From contig MQRK01222230.1 in assembly GCA_001938485.1 (NCBI GenBank), positions 1 to 64,000 of the forward strand: DNA of 64,000 bases, read 5' to 3'. A model generated the notes under the pieces. The model saw only the letters and a list, made by a program, of their open reading frames with translations, ran no database searches and had not been told where the DNA came from. Of the stretch, positions 25,448 through 38,399 are shown piece by piece. The number at the start of each line of letters is the position of its first letter. The first letter of the stretch is position 1. A program made the position numbers and the translations under genes. The stretch is from Girardia tigrina (Eukaryota).

Positions 25448-25724
25448 CCTTCACTCTGTGCATTGGGGTCAAATGGACCCCAGTCTATTTAAAAAGCGAT
25501 TTAAAAAAAATTGAGCCAAGTAAATTAAACTGCCAAAGCTTAATAAATTTCATTTATTAAAGTTTAATAATCTTTTGTTATTAATAAGTTATTATAATTA
25601 ATAAAAATTTAAATAAAAACTAAAATTTTGTTAGTTTTCCTTACAAAATATATCAAAATGTATATGGGGTACGATTGACCCCTATGCACAGACGCCGGAA
25701 AATTTTCAATGCACAGAGTGAAGG
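25448..25724. mobile_element. piggyBac-type MITE
   Basis: TTAA TSD; TIRs ccttcactctgtgcattg. Confidence 0.9.
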
Positions 25725-25989
25725 TTAATAATTGTACAATAAATTAATTGTTATTTAACAATTAATAAAATATGCAATTTTTTAATCATTGCAAATTTAT
25801 GAATATTCGAGTAAAGCAACAAGTCATTCTCCAGATGCTGATAACAGATCATTTTAGACGTAATAAATCTTGCAAGACGACTTCATCTGTTAATAAAAAT
25901 AAAACAAAGATTTTCAACAAAATATCAAAAAAATAATATAACTAAAATAATATTTACAAATAAACTTGAAAAAAGATGGCAATTTTTTA

Positions 25990-26550
25990 TTAAAAACAAA
26001 TAAACGCCATTTAAAAATATATTTTAGGATAGTATATTTCGACGGTTTAACCGTCATCATCAGATCACTGATTATGTTCTTTTTTATTGCTTTTATATAA
26101 GAAATGAATGATTATGCAATCACTTACGTAAGTCTAATCGAAAACTCTTAGCAAATTAGTTGAGAGTGCTGTTTGAACATTGATTTTAGGATCACATGAT
26201 CTTATCAACAATGCTTCACATGACACTCTATCCCAATAATTTTTAAAATGCTTGCACAAAATCTTAAAATCATTTATGCTCATATTACATTTACACGTTT
26301 TTTTATGCTCAGCAATATTACTCTTTCCCCATTTTTGACTGTGTTCTTGGGCTCGTTTGCAGAGATGACGGGCAGTCTCTACGATGTATGTGGCATTGCA
26401 CCCATTACATGTGTATTGATAAACAATGTCCGAACATACTTAGGAGTATGTGATTTATTGCAAAACATATTCTCAACTTTCATTAATACTATCATTAATA
26501 CTTTCATTATCCTAAAATATATTTTTAAATGGCGTTTATTTGTTTTTAAA
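25990..26550 (-). mobile_element. Penelope 3' fragment flanked by 41-bp inverted repeats
   Basis: Similar to 17900-18250; inverted arms 25991-26031 / 26508-26548. Confidence 0.85.
26028..26066 (-). ncRNA. Minimal hammerhead with mutated cleavage triplet
   Basis: Reverse complement gat-CTGATGA-t-gacgg ttaaa ccgtc-GAAA-tata-CT-atc; U16.1 appears as C. Confidence 0.7.
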
Positions 26551-26948
26551 ATAATATTGTAATTAGTTATACTTCGTCAAGAGAATCTACCACAGACCAA
26601 GTAAAGAATGTTATATCGTCTACAGATCAAATATACGAGTCTGGAAAATATTCCTTCGAATTTAAATTACACAGTAAGATATCCACAATATTATGATCAA
26701 GATTAAGACATGCAATTTTTTTGAGTTTTCCGGAAATAAATTTTCGCACAATCAATTGTGATTTGGTAGGAGATTTAATATTTATTTACTTTCTTCTCAA
26801 ATTATGTTTACTTGGTTAATTGTAGGATTTTAGTTTCAGTATTAGGTTAATCACATAATATATATAATTTCTTATTATAATTTTTAAATTCAATTTTTTT
26901 AATCATTCGCCTATGGCGATATTTATTTTTTTTAATTTTTATTATTAA

Positions 26949-27189
26949 CCCTACAATGCGCAATTTTTTTAATTTTAAAAATATATGCAACACACGCGGC
27001 CAGTATTACAAACTGAACTGTCCTTTTTGTTGACAAAATATATTGCATCTATGACTTTATGGGCAGTTATCATTCCATAGACAATGTTTTTGGTTCACAG
27101 TATGTAAACACTCAAAGAATATCACGTGATTAAAAGATATTGAGGTAAAATATGGTTGATTCAAATATGAATCAAGGCGCATTGTAGGG
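26949..27189. mobile_element. piggyBac-type MITE
   Basis: TTAA TSD; TIRs ccctacaatgcgc. Confidence 0.9.
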
Positions 27190-30059
27190 TTAATAATGTT
27201 TATAAATAATGATATATTATTTTAATATAAATAAATATAAGTCGGGACAATCACTATAACTAAGAATGCCGTTTTCATAAGCCCATTGTTTCTTTTACCG
27301 TTTTTATATATAAAATTATTAATTAAAGATTAATTTACATTCGGGTTAATTCGGGTTTTTATAAAATACAGTCAGACCGTGTAGAGTGTTTAGAGACTCA
27401 ATACCATTGAAAGATATTGGATGCCTGCGTTTATAAAATATATTTCTTCTCGCATAATGAAATTATATATTCATTAATAATTTTATATACCAGAAAAGGG
27501 CCGTAGCTAACCTTACTTTTATGAGGGGGCAATCAGAAATGGAAAGGGGGCACATGTCTAACAGTGGAAGCATAGGGTGGTCTCTATGTTCCAATCAGAA
27601 GCCTAGTAATATAATTAGTTGCAGTTTATATTGCCTTATTCATATCAATCTGTCATGTGTGTGTGCACTCTTTACTTTTAAAATAAAAATTGGATCAACA
27701 ACTATTTTATAGATTATCTGATATGTTTGTGACAGATGGTTGTTTTGTCGATGTATTATCCGAGTCACATTTTTAAGTAGTTAGTTCCCTCTCATTAATT
27801 GACACTCATTCTGAGTCATTCATTCATTCATCCATAAGATCTATTTCAGGTAATTGTGAAATATGACTATGTGAGATAGTTTTACACAGTTATTCATAGT
27901 TATGCAAAGTTATACAACATTATTGAATGCTAACTATTATTTAGTATATGGGTAAATCCACAATAACTTGAGCCAATGCAACTTTCTATGTTATTGTTGT
28001 ATAACTTTTTTCTGAATTGTAATATCTTAAGGAAATTTTGGAATATATTTGTTAATAAACTTGTTAATACATTCTTAAAATGCATTTTATCTTTGCTTTT
28101 ATGGATATGAAGAAAAAAATTATGCATATGAAATATCAAATGTATTTGATTGTTACTTTTTATGTTTTTAACAATGAATGGATGAAATATATACCAGGCT
28201 ATATATATAAAATCTTCTAATTGATGCTATTTAATTATTAGTTATTTTTGTTATATAAAATACCATTAACTGAAATATAATACTTATCAATATAACTTTT
28301 TGATTATATTTAAAAATCTTATAATGTTTATATGTCCTAACACCAATCATATTATCAAATATTTTTTTCTTTCATAATACTAATAGTTGAATATAATGAG
28401 ATACATCATTTAAAAGAACAGGTTTTACTGAATTATTGACAATATAACTGGAACAATTAAGGTATATATTGACATAAAAAAGTAAAGTATAAATTATTTA
28501 ATTAATTTCTTTACCACAAAATGTCCCAATACCAATTAATGATATCTGGCTGTTTATTCACAAAATAATCATGAAATTGTTTGAATAATATGGAATTATC
28601 CATATTATGATAATTTTTAAATGTTTAATGCTTAGTTGTATCTTATTTTTATTAAATTGGTCCAAAAGGTATTTATTAATCACAAAAATGTCCCAACACT
28701 AAAAATTATTTTTCATAAATTCAAACAACAATAAACCATTGTTCCAAAATTATATATGTTAATGACATCATTATAAACATATAATCATTTTTTAATGATT
28801 TATTATTGTTTGGTTTTGTCTATAATATTTATTGGTGTTGGGACAATACTATTATAGCTTGGTGTTGGGACAAAATGTCACATTCTTCAAAGTTAAGAGG
28901 TTGTAGTATAAAAATGATGAAGAAAACATATTAGTAGCCAAACATTTTCTAAATCTGTATGATATTCACAGAAGATTGATATAAAGATACCATGCATATG
29001 ATCTTCCTATGCAATACAGCAATAGCATTTATTCTAATACCAATAGCCTTTGTCTCAACACAAATCATTTAAATTCCTTAATTGGCTTAATAATAGTGAT
29101 TATATTCCAAACTCAAAAATTTTTGTGGTTTTAATGATCTTAAATATATTGGGTATTTGATAAAAATTATTTCTTTAACTCTCTTGAGTTTTATAGTATC
29201 GACACGTAATCTGACTTTGAGTTCAGAAGGTTCTTCCAACTAATTGTATACTTTTAAAAGTTATTCCTCGCTTGAGGTTCAGTAAATATTCCTCTCTTGA
29301 GGATCGTCAACAATTTCAATCTCGAATGAGATTTTTTAAATTTGATTTCTAAAATATTCTCACAAGAGAATTTATCAATTAACTTCTTGTTAAAATAAAT
29401 AACGAACGACCAAAATCTAGAAACCTTTATTAAATAATTCAAATCGGCGAATATACATAGTTGAAAGAATTAACAATGGAGAATCTTCGAGAATCTTTTA
29501 TTAAATTTTTTGTGTAATTTTTTCTCTAGAAAAATTTGTGAGCCTAATGTGATTATGTACGGGTATTTATACCCGATTTTTATATTATAAATTATGTAAA
29601 TTTAATTAAAATTAGTATTAAAAATTTAAAAATTATATATAAAAATTATTTAAAAAAATATTATTAAAAATTTATTTATTAATTAAAAAAATCATTTTCC
29701 CATTTTTTGGGATTTAACGAAAAACATGACAGATGTACAAGCATCTGTCATGTTCATTTTTTTTAATTAGTTTCCCTTAAGGTGCAATTGCACCAATTTT
29801 ATTTTTTTTTTCGGTGCGCTTGCACCTGACATTTAAAAAAAATGATGCTCTTGCATCTAATTTCGGTGCGATTGCACCTAATTAAAAATTTCGGTGCGCT
29901 TGCACCAATGAAATACAAATGGCAAAAATGCCATTGAAAATTTTTTTATCATTTTATTTATTTTTTTAAAAAATGAAAGGTAATTTTATTTTATAATTAA
30001 TAATTTAATTTTTTTGTAATATAATATTAATATTATAATATTAATAATAAAAGTAATTA

Positions 30060-30099
<40 letters not shown>

Positions 30100-30240
30100 T
30101 ATAATAACCATAAGAATATTAATGAATTAATAATAATAATGATTTTATTATAAAAAAAAAATAATAATAAATAAATAATCATGAATAATAAATTATAATA
30201 AATAATCATTATAATAATAATAACAATAAATAATTAATTA

Positions 30241-30334
30241 TTCCCCAAGCCTTTAACGGCTTTCTCCAAACGACACAGGCGTGCCCCCATAATGAACGGC
30301 CCCTGCGAGGGAGGAAAAATCCGTTGCAAAGGAG
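30241..30334 (+). mobile_element. GC-rich stem-loop fragment in (TAA)n, probable 3' end of a non-LTR retroelement
   Basis: Hairpin aacgg-cc-cct..agg..ccgtt followed by a TAA-repeat tail. Confidence 0.45.
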
Positions 30335-30355
30335 TAAATAAAAATAATAATAAAT

Positions 30356-30389
<34 letters not shown>

Positions 30390-31135
30390 TGATAACAATA
30401 AAATACTGATAATAATATCAATAATAATAATAATTTAATTATATAAATAATTAATAATAAATGATAATAATACTANNNNNNNNNNNNNNNNNNNNNNNNN
30501 NNNNNNNNNNNNNNNNNNNNNNNNNNNNNNNNNNNNNNNNNNNNNNNNNNNNNNNNNNNNNNNNNNNNNNNNNNNNNNNNNNNNNNNNNNNNNNNNNNNN
30601 NNNNNNNNNNNNNNNNNNNNNNNNNNNNNNNNNNNNNNNNNNNNNNNNNNNNNNNNNNNNNNNNNNNNNNNNNNNNNNNNNNNNNNNNNNNNNNNNNNNN
30701 NNNNNNNNNNNNNNNATAATAATATTATGGAAATAATAATAATACTTTTTTTTAAATCAAAATAATAATATTATTTATAAAAGTGGTAATAATTAGTAAA
30801 AATAATATTACTAGATTTGTTTTTTATATTTTTAATTAATTATTTTATATCCCTAATAACTTCCACGCGTCCCTGAGCGCTAGCTCAAACTACTGGAAGC
30901 TAGAAAGGGATGAGACATCACAAAGATTTCCGTTTTAATAATTATTATATATTTTGTTTTATTATTTTTCTTACAGGGCTCACTATGCAGGAGTGAAAGA
31001 TTTTTATAGGTATGATTTTAATTTCAGGATCTCAACAAATATAATAAACCAATTAATTGTATAAACACATTGCTTGATAATATTAAAATATCAAATTATA
31101 AAACAAACTTTGACTCAAGTTATTGTGGATTTACT

Positions 31136-32549
31136 CAGGGACGGCGGAACCGGGGGGCAGGGGGGGCAATTGTCCCCCCATAATATTTGGTAGGGGGGCA
31201 AGGTGTATAGTTTGCCCGCCCCCTGAAAAATGATTAATTATGCTTCACTGGCAATGCTTTGATGGAGGTGTGAATATGAAAGGCCGTCTGAAAGGATGTC
31301 ATGCCTTTATTAGCCGGTCTCATCCCTCAGCCATGTATATCTATTGCTGCAATCATTCCTTGGATCTGGTTTTGGTGGAAGAAGCTAAGCAGGTACCTTT
31401 AGTGGCGGAAGTTGTAGGAGCCAATAGCGAAGCAGATAGAGAAAGGATGGAAATAGTGGAAATATTATCGACTGTAAATATTAACGACTGGATGAAGGTG
31501 TTCGTCGATATTTTATTTGCTCTATGTCTGAATTTGTCTTAATTCTGTTAGTATAGTGTGTTTGTGTCTTTGTGTGAATGGAGGTGGATGTCTGCTGTGT
31601 GAATGGATTTATAATGTGCAATGTATAGTTGAATGTATGTGGTTGTCTTTATGTGTGGTTGCTGCTGATGTGAAATGGGAAGTTGTTGTCTCTTTGTGGT
31701 AAGTGCACAGTGTGGCTTGTTGTGTAAATAAAGTTTTTACCCTTGACTTCTACAAGCAGATAGGAAAAGGATGGAAATAGTGGAAATAAAATATCGACGA
31801 ACACCTTCATCCAGTCGTTAATATTTACAGTCGATAATATTTCCACTATTTCCATCCTTTCTCTATCTGCTTCGCTATTGGCTCCTACAGAAGCTATCAA
31901 CTGCGTTAGAGATGTGTCATCATGCCTGCGATTTTCAGCAAATCGAATGAATTTGTTCTCCAAATACGTTGCAGAAAGTGCCTTTGGCTACTCGAGCTGC
32001 CCAACGGCTGTTGTCAATTTGCCCTACCAGATGGTCTGTGCGTCTGAATTCACTAAACTGTTGCCAACTTATCATGTGCGCACCGTCGTCTGTTTCCATT
32101 GCTGAGCGGTCTCTCTCAGGTCTACGCAGAGTGAAAAGCTACTTGCGGGCGACAATGGGACAAGCCCGATTGACGCACCTTCTGCTTTTGAGTATTCATC
32201 GTGGAGAAACTCAAACTCTGGAAAAAAGGCCATTTTGCGTGAATTTGTGAATCGTAATAGCGAGCGCAGACTTTTGTTTGGTACTGTCTGAAAATAGGCA
32301 TAGCATTAACAGTGTGGAAAATACGTATCTTCATTTTTTTATTCTCCGGTGGAGAAGGGGGAGAGGGAATACACTGAGTTCAGTTGTAAAGGCTCCGCTT
32401 AAGCATGTTAGAACGAGTAACTTTGGAAAACAACTCAGTAACATATTGAGAAATGACAAAAAAATTTCCTTCCAGAAAAATATCTGTGTATGGCGTCGGC
32501 AATGGGTAAAATTTTGCCCCCAAATTTTTAAAACGTTCCGCCGTCCCTG
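31136..32549 (+). mobile_element. Nested, internally deleted hAT element
   Basis: TIRs cagggacggcggaac / gttccgccgtccctg; TSD gatttact/gatttacc; QCFDGG.NMKG, YCCNHSLDL, ICPTRW, AERSLSGLRRVKSYLR.TMGQ.RL. Confidence 0.92.
31413..31889. mobile_element. 477-bp TG...CA element with ~105-bp perfect inverted termini (Ginger-like or atypical solo LTR)
   Basis: Interrupts hAT coding sequence; TSD gaagt/gaagc; 31413-31518 is the reverse complement of ~31784-31889. Confidence 0.8.
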
Positions 32550-34474
32550 GATTTACCCATATAATGTGAATTATAGTGCTAACACTTAAAAAACGAAGGT
32601 GTTACAATATAACTTATTTTACTTTCACATTGCTTTACTAATTTAGATTTTAAATATTGACATTNNNNNNNNNNNNNNNNNNNNNNNNNNNNNNNNNNNN
32701 NNNNNNNNTTCGATTCAAATAAATTTTCATACTGTTTGCTGATAGTTGATTTATATTAGGCCTACCTGATGCCAATTCACATAAAATTTATTTTACTTAA
32801 TGTCCATTTTAGGCCACAACAGTCACATGGATAAGTTTGTCATTCGTTCCAGTACAATGCCGGTATCAGCAAGGAAGCCATCATCCACCACCTCCTCAAC
32901 TTCTTCATCTCCTGGGATCTCCGCTTCTTCAGCAGATTGGGCTTGCCAAATTATGTATAAAGCGGCTACCACTTTTGCACCTCCACCTGTTTTGGCTGTT
33001 CAAGAGGCACTAATACCAGTGCTTAATTCAAAAGTAACTCAGTTGATACATCCAGATGATCTTGGTACAGCCAGCCCCTGCAAGCCAAAACTGAAAACTT
33101 ATCCCTTCACGAAATTCTGAGACAAGAATCGATCATTTGGTGGACCCCTGTGGTATTCAAAGTTCTCTTGGCTATAGTACTCCATCAAACAGGACAAGTG
33201 CTTCTGCTATCCATGCCGGAAGTACACACACTGCCACGACCTCCCATCTGACAGTGTATTCTCCGTTAATGGTTTTTCAAACTGGAAAATAGGGTTGGAA
33301 AAGGGAAAAGGTCTATTACGACACAACTTGTCACAATCCCACATGGTAGCTATGGAGAAACGGAAAGAACATACCATCCGGGCAGCAAAAGGAACAGAAA
33401 TACAGTAGCTTCTCTCTCCTCTTCAAATTGAGAAGAATCGCTACTATTTGCAGTGCATATTTGATGTCTGCCAATTCCTTGTAGTAAATGAACTTTTATT
33501 CCGGGGTTCCACCGAAAATGGCGAATCAATATTTTCCACTGGGAAGTTTCTCAGCCTCTTGTCATATACCATCAAGAAGGATGAGAAATGGAAGGAAATC
33601 GTGAAGTCCATCCCAGATTATGCAAATATACATCACCATAAATACAAAATATGATCATCGAAGACATGGCTTCTATTGTCAAAAACAAAATCGTACACAT
33701 GGTGAAACCAAGCGACTGCAATATGTTCACATTAAAATGCGATGGCACGCGAGAAAAGAAAAATGTCGAGAATTTCTCTGTTGTTGTGAGATTTGCCTTC
33801 CAAGGGAAGCTCCATGAACATCTCATCGAAATAACTGAGCTGGAACATGATGAACTGGATGCTGAATCAATGGCAAACAAGATCATTGAAATCATCAAAG
33901 CCTTCGACATCGACCCTTCCTCAATGATCAGTCAATGTTATGATGGTGCAAGTGTGATGTCTGGTAAGCGAAGTGGTGTTCAGAAGCAGTTGCAAGACAC
34001 AATTGGTGTGCATTGTTTCGTGCATTGTTTCAATCACCAGCTCCACCTGGTTGTAACAAATGCATTAAACAGACTGACTTTTGTTCGACGCATGTTTTGC
34101 CTTCTTAGAAATGAAATCCCTATTGTGAAACCTTTTATTCTCCACAGGACTCTGTCAAAAGAAAATGCTGACCAGATGAGAGTGCAGCATATCAACGAAT
34201 TGCTGTATCCATACAAAGAATGCAAAAAGTATCCATACAAAAGATGCATTCCCACAGACATAAATTATTCACAGGGGCACTCACTTTTGGAGCATCGACA
34301 GCCACCTGCGAGAACAGTTTCTTGACATTGACAAGAATTTTGTACCCTGCACGTCGATCAATGCTACAAACTCGAATGAAGGATCTGGTGCTGTTAGCAT
34401 TTGAGCGGGAAATCACATCCACAATTTCAAGCGAGGAACTGTTCACCAAATTTAGAGAAAAAAAGAGGCGTTTA

Positions 34475-34585
34475 GTTGTCTGATTTCCATTATACTAGTT
34501 GTCTGATTTCCATTATACTAGTTGTCTGATTTCCATTATACTAGTTGACTGATTTCCTGTATACGTATTAGTTGCCTGATTTCCT
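34475..34585. repeat. 22-bp tandem repeat (~4 copies) at hAT 3' end
   Basis: Unit tagttgtctgatttccattatac-like. Confidence 0.85.
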
Positions 34586-35010
34586 TACTCTGTAACTACA
34601 CATGTAACATGCACACTCCAGCTTCTTTTACATTCCTTTCATTCAATTTTGTTCATTTCTAAAATTTATGGATGGAAATTCTGAAAACTTCGTCCTCATT
34701 TTTTATTACATGGTAAATTTTTCAGAGGGGGCACAGAGAATTTTTTGAGGGGGCACGGCCCCTAGTGCCCCTGGTTAGCTACGGGCCTGTACCAGGAGCG
34801 GTAAATGAAACAATATGATTCATCAAAACGGTACTGTTAGTTATAATGATCACAGAACGTAATATTTATCAAAGTTATTTTTCTTACAAATCACCTTCGG
34901 CATTGAAACATTGTTTCGAGTGCTCAATTAATGGGGGCTCAGTCAACTATTATTTTTAAAATGAATTAAATGCATTAAAATAAAATATTATACTAAAAAT
35001 CCTAAATTAC

Positions 35011-35298
35011 GTATGAATGCATAATTTAAAAGGCCATTAATAGATCTCTTAACTCGTCTTGCATAAATCGTGAAAAAAAACTGATAAAATCCATCTACGC
35101 TTCTGTTACCAAGTTTATAATATACAAATGCTGCTGGTATCTTTGGTATGTCTTGTATCGTTTTTTCTAAATTTGTTAATAAACTGCTTTGGAAATTTAT
35201 TATGTCCAAGTAAACTGGAAATCCCATTTCTAAATAAATGGTAACTGGATTGCTCAGCTTCTGTATTCCGTTCCAAGTAACACTTATAAATCTATAAT
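35011..35298 (-). CDS. Multi-Ig receptor exon 8 (Cys-less beta-rich domain)
   Basis: Acceptor ttattttag, donor gtaatt, phase 1/1, 288 nt open: YRFISVTWNGIQKLSNPVTIYLEMGFP...VDGFYQFFFTIYA. Confidence 0.75.
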
Positions 35299-36419
35299 CT
35301 AAAATAAAATTAAAATTTAATAAACAATATTTTGAATTTACATTTACAAATTTAATGCCTTATATAAAATAGTAGCTTATATAATGTAACAGAAGATATC
35401 GTTTAAAATATTTATTTGACGTTCATTAAAGGATTAACTTAAAATACTTCAGAATTTTATACAAAAATATTTAGAAATTCTATTTTACTTATTATATTTT
35501 CTTTATCGACGGAAATTGTTCGAAGAGTGACAACACTTCATCCTCATTGGTATGCTGATACATTGTATTTTCTGACCTTAGGTCATTAAGAATCATCTCT
35601 ACTTGTGCAGCTAAGTAACGTCACAAACAAAATAGCTTCATTCCGTTAAAATTTTTGAAAAGATTTCATTGTTGATATTTCAAAATCAGACAACATCACA
35701 CGTTCTTTTGCATAGGGGTAATTAAAGAACGACAGTCTCACAGACAAGTATAATTTGCTTTTTTTGAAAAGAATATAGAGAGTAGATGGATTAACTCCAC
35801 TATTTTGCTCAAAATGAATTGAATAAGGCTGAAAAAGAATTGAAAAAACCTTTAAGAATATTCAATCTCAGCGAAAGATCACCACAAGAGACGAAATTAG
35901 ATTTAACGGAGAGAGAAAAATCAATCTTTTCCACCAACCAGGGACACCCACCGACGCTACAGTACTGCAGCCACGATACTGCACACGCTCTGACAAAACT
36001 ACCCCCAATTACATACATCGATGTTAATTTATAATCAGTTTATTAACCCAAATGGGGCCACCGTCCTTTTAATGAACACTGCTCAAATATTTTTTTTACA
36101 TCAATTTGACGTCTCAGCAACAGGCGGCATTAGGTGCAATAGTCTTTGTATATATGAGTCATGAGTTTGAGACCGTATGAAACAAAAAATATTTTTTAAT
36201 GTAGAACAAGTTATTTAGATATAATAAACCAGAATTAATATCAAAAATTCATTTTTTCTAAAGGAAATAGTTTCGGCCCCATTAGGGTTAAAATGAAAAT
36301 AAGGTGATTTGTTATTACTATATCCTTTTAACCAATTACAAGCAATATAATTTACAAACAATTAAGGACGTATTTCAATCACAACTTTCAATAATAATTA
36401 TTTTTCTAAGATAACTTAC

Positions 36420-36734
36420 ATTTACAAAGAAATAGTGATTCTACTTTTCCCAATGGAAATTGTCGACACCACGTCACCATGGGTAATTCAAAAATAAACA
36501 TTTGACAGGTAATCTTTACATCGGAATCTAAATTATATGTGTTATTAAATCTCAAAGCATTCGATGAAATGTAAAATGCATTTATCAGTGACACTGGTGA
36601 AACTGTGAAATATCGTATATAAGTTAAAGACCTATCGTAATTCCCATAGAAGAGGCACGAAAAAGCTAGGCCATCCTCTTTGGCTATGTTTTCACAACAG
36701 TAATTCCTGCTTACTTTGCTCATGTGTTTGTAAT
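36420..36734 (-). CDS. Multi-Ig receptor exon 7
   Basis: Acceptor atgtttcag, donor gtaagt, phase 1/1, 315 nt open: GLAFSCLFYG...VKITCQMF. Confidence 0.8.
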
Positions 36735-36859
36735 CTGAAACATAAGATAAGTAAAAATTAAAATCTTGATAAATAATAAATTAAAAAAAGCAGGAAATAT
36801 TTGCAACTTGTTTCATATTGTTTTATTTTATATATTAAACTTTACTGAAACACTAATTT

Positions 36860-37830
36860 TAAAAGTATGGTAAGCGTGATATTATAACGGTGGTCGTAAT
36901 GTGTACTACATCATGTTCCAAGAGCGTCAGTTTTGAGGGTCATCATTGATAATACACTAGAACTCATTAATAAACATCTAAAATTGGTAAAGTTAAGCAG
37001 TCTCTATTCTTAATATCATGTAGCGTTTATTTATCATACCTCATGCACAAAGTCAGAACTGTCACAATAAATATGTGTTGAAATAACCTCTTAATATTTG
37101 TGCCATAGAAGTACCATTTAAATAAAAAGAATGAATAGTGCTTTAAGAAAGATAGACTCACAATGGGTTCACTGTTAGTACCAACATTTGAATCAATTTT
37201 TAATAAATCCGTACAGGATAAAATTGATACTTACCCTGAGGAACCACTGTGCTATATACGAGATTTGTGGATGACATCTTTCTGATTTTCAGAAATCAAC
37301 CCATTATAAAACCATTCCTAAAATTCATAAATTGTCCTCATTTTAAAATTAAATTCCTTACAACATTAGAAGTAAATAACTTACTTTCTTTTTTGGACAA
37401 TTTTGTTACTAAGAAGAATGATAGATAACGAACTGATTAATACAGAAAGACAACATATCCAGGTCTCTACAAAACTACAGAGAGCTTTTATGACGAAATA
37501 AATAGAGGGTATGGAAAGGGCTTAGTTCCCAGAGTTGGAAATTTATCTTCCAATTTCGACATCGTAGATCATGGTTTAAATATTCTTAGATGATATTTGT
37601 GGACAACATTTACACGAAACAACAAATAAATCAAAGCTTTTGGGTTTCATTGGACACATTATGTACACAAATATGAGTTACAAAAGGATTAAAAGAATAA
37701 AAATATTAAAGACCAAACGCAAATATTATAATTGATTATAAAATACCATATTCTGAAGAATTAAAAGCATTTAGGAGAGTATTTTAACAATGTAAGTTGA
37801 GTCAAAGTTGTTTTAATTATATACAAAGTA
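36860..37830 (+). mobile_element. Degenerate Penelope reverse transcriptase
   Basis: MGSLL.P, RFVDDIFLIF, L.FLD and YRKTTYPGLY in shifted frames. Confidence 0.75.
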
Positions 37831-38399
37831 AAAAGCTACTTTTAAAATAATTTGAAACAATGTATGGATTATAGGCTAAACTGTTTTATAAATTTATTCG
37901 TAATGCGTGTTAGGAGGGGTTAACTTAAATTTGCATTTCGCCTAAATAGTTTATTATTTTTTTAATTTAAAAGTTAAAAAAAGTAAATAAATACAAAAGT
38001 TTAAAATTAAAAATAAAAAAAAATATTTTTATGTAAATTTGTTAATTAAATATTTTAAAATTAAAAAATGATATAATAAAAGAAAACTATTAAAGAACCA
38101 AATACTTAATTATAAATAAAAATATTTTACAGTCAAAACAATTGATACATTTTCTTAGAAGTTATGAAATAATTTTAAATAAATTTTAAAATAAATTTTT
38201 AGTTTTAAAGTAAAAATATTTTATAAAAATTTGCGAAATTTTAAAAATTGAATAGAAAAAACATTTTAATAGATTAATTTTTTGCGAGATAATTGAATTA
38301 ACAAGAAATTTGTTTAAATATGTGATTTGCAGTCATAATAAAGATTTTGGTGTTGAACTACGAGTATTGAATCTGATAATAATGAAAATGGCATAAACG

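Larger units (their letters stand above)
27496..34789 (+). mobile_element. hAT transposon (ZMYM1-like transposase), degenerate, swollen by nested insertions
   Basis: TIRs (c/a)agggccgtagctaacc / ggttagctacgggcctg; 8-bp TSD taccagaa/taccagga. Transposase pieces 32800-34483: GFSNWK, L.FRG, CDGT, QCYDGASVMSG..GVQ, HCFNHQLHL, STATCENSF. Confidence 0.9.

Noticed and set aside
26660-26755. Hydrophobic C-terminal (GPI-like) frame LHVLILIIILWISYCVI*
   Set aside because: In-frame stop just upstream and no AG acceptor within the open stretch.
29254-29470. Possible additional Ig exon (C...W)
   Set aside because: Lies inside the TSD-bounded hAT insertion and has no in-frame phase-1 acceptor.
30849-30912. 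Second HDV-like or twister ribozyme (ttccacgc loop, several stems)
   Set aside because: P3 is mismatched, no P1 5' strand upstream, and J4/2 does not fit.
31649-31963. ORF sharing a peptide with 31240-31542
   Set aside because: Identity comes from reading the inverted termini of the 477-bp insert, not from a duplicated gene.
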